From NCBI RefSeq assembly GCF_006345805.1, contig NC_043015.1, positions 42,532,001 through 42,596,000 on the forward strand: DNA of 64,000 nucleotides, in the 5' to 3' direction. This document shows, piece after piece, positions 63,475 to 64,000 of the stretch. Position numbers and translations under genes: made by a program. How positions within the stretch are numbered: the stretch's first letter is position 1; each line of letters begins with the position of its first letter. The notes below the pieces were generated by a model that searched no databases, was not told the DNA's origin, and saw nothing but the letters and a program-made list of their open reading frames with translations. Source of the DNA: Octopus sinensis. Its lineage: Eukaryota.

Positions 63475-63964
63475 GTATTGGTAGCAAAGGTTGTTTTCTA
63501 TTTGTTTTGTGTTTTGCTTGTAACTGTTCTTGTTTTTTTATGTGCCAAAACGCACTTTGCGATTAAAAGTTCTGGGCTTCCACAGTTGTAGCATCTTGGC
63601 TTTTTGCCTTCTGCTACCACATATAGTCTTTGCCCATTCTCTAAAAGAATCTTATCAGGAAGTTTCTCTATAGAGGACCCATCAATCTGGATGCTGACTT
63701 CTATCGATTTACCACCCCAATTGTCGTTTTTGTATACGGCAATCTCTAATATGTTTATCGTTTTCAAATGGTAACATATCGCTCCTGTTATCCATTTGTT
63801 AGGTATCTCAGGTGGTACATTTTTTATTTTAATTTTACTGACTCTTTGGTTTCTGTAATAAGGAATCATTATTAGTTCATCGTTTTGTAAATTTTCTGTT
63901 GAGTGGGCTTTTGCTTCTTCCTGATTATGGAAGTGGACCACCACTGTATTAAACTGGGGACCCC
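63475..63964 (-). mobile_element. Tx1/L1-like ORF1 C-terminal module, copy D
   Basis: ORF 63989-63498; knuckle His replaced (CYNCGSPELLIAKC). Confidence 0.75.
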
Positions 63965-64000
63965 AGTTTATGGACTCTTCTATTTTCATTATGTTTTGCT

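Overview
AT-rich, microsatellite- and SINE-dense eukaryotic DNA. The repeat families look like octopus (coleoid cephalopod) repeats; this is inferred from memory, not verified. Left half (1-35 kb): an intact intronless MFAP1 gene (minus strand), a four-coding-exon DIPK2A/DIA1-like gene (plus strand, 444 aa by my splicing), one possible orphan terminal exon near 2.8-3.0 kb, many SINEs and MITEs, and an inverted pair of well-formed hammerhead ribozyme motifs. Right half (36-64 kb): no recognisable host gene. It is a patchwork of mobile-element and ssDNA-virus fragments, and every recognisable one lies on the minus strand: maT (DD37D) and Tc1-like (DD37E) transposons, R4-like RT, Penelope-like RT/GIY-YIG, a Merlin N-terminus, a nanovirus/alphasatellite-like CRESS Rep helicase, Helitron, Tx1/L1 ORF1 and RT pieces, and a parvoviral NS1. 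A ~15 kb higher-order satellite sits in the middle; its ~100 bp monomers resemble decayed hammerhead ribozymes. All protein family calls rest on motif recognition by eye; no searches were run.
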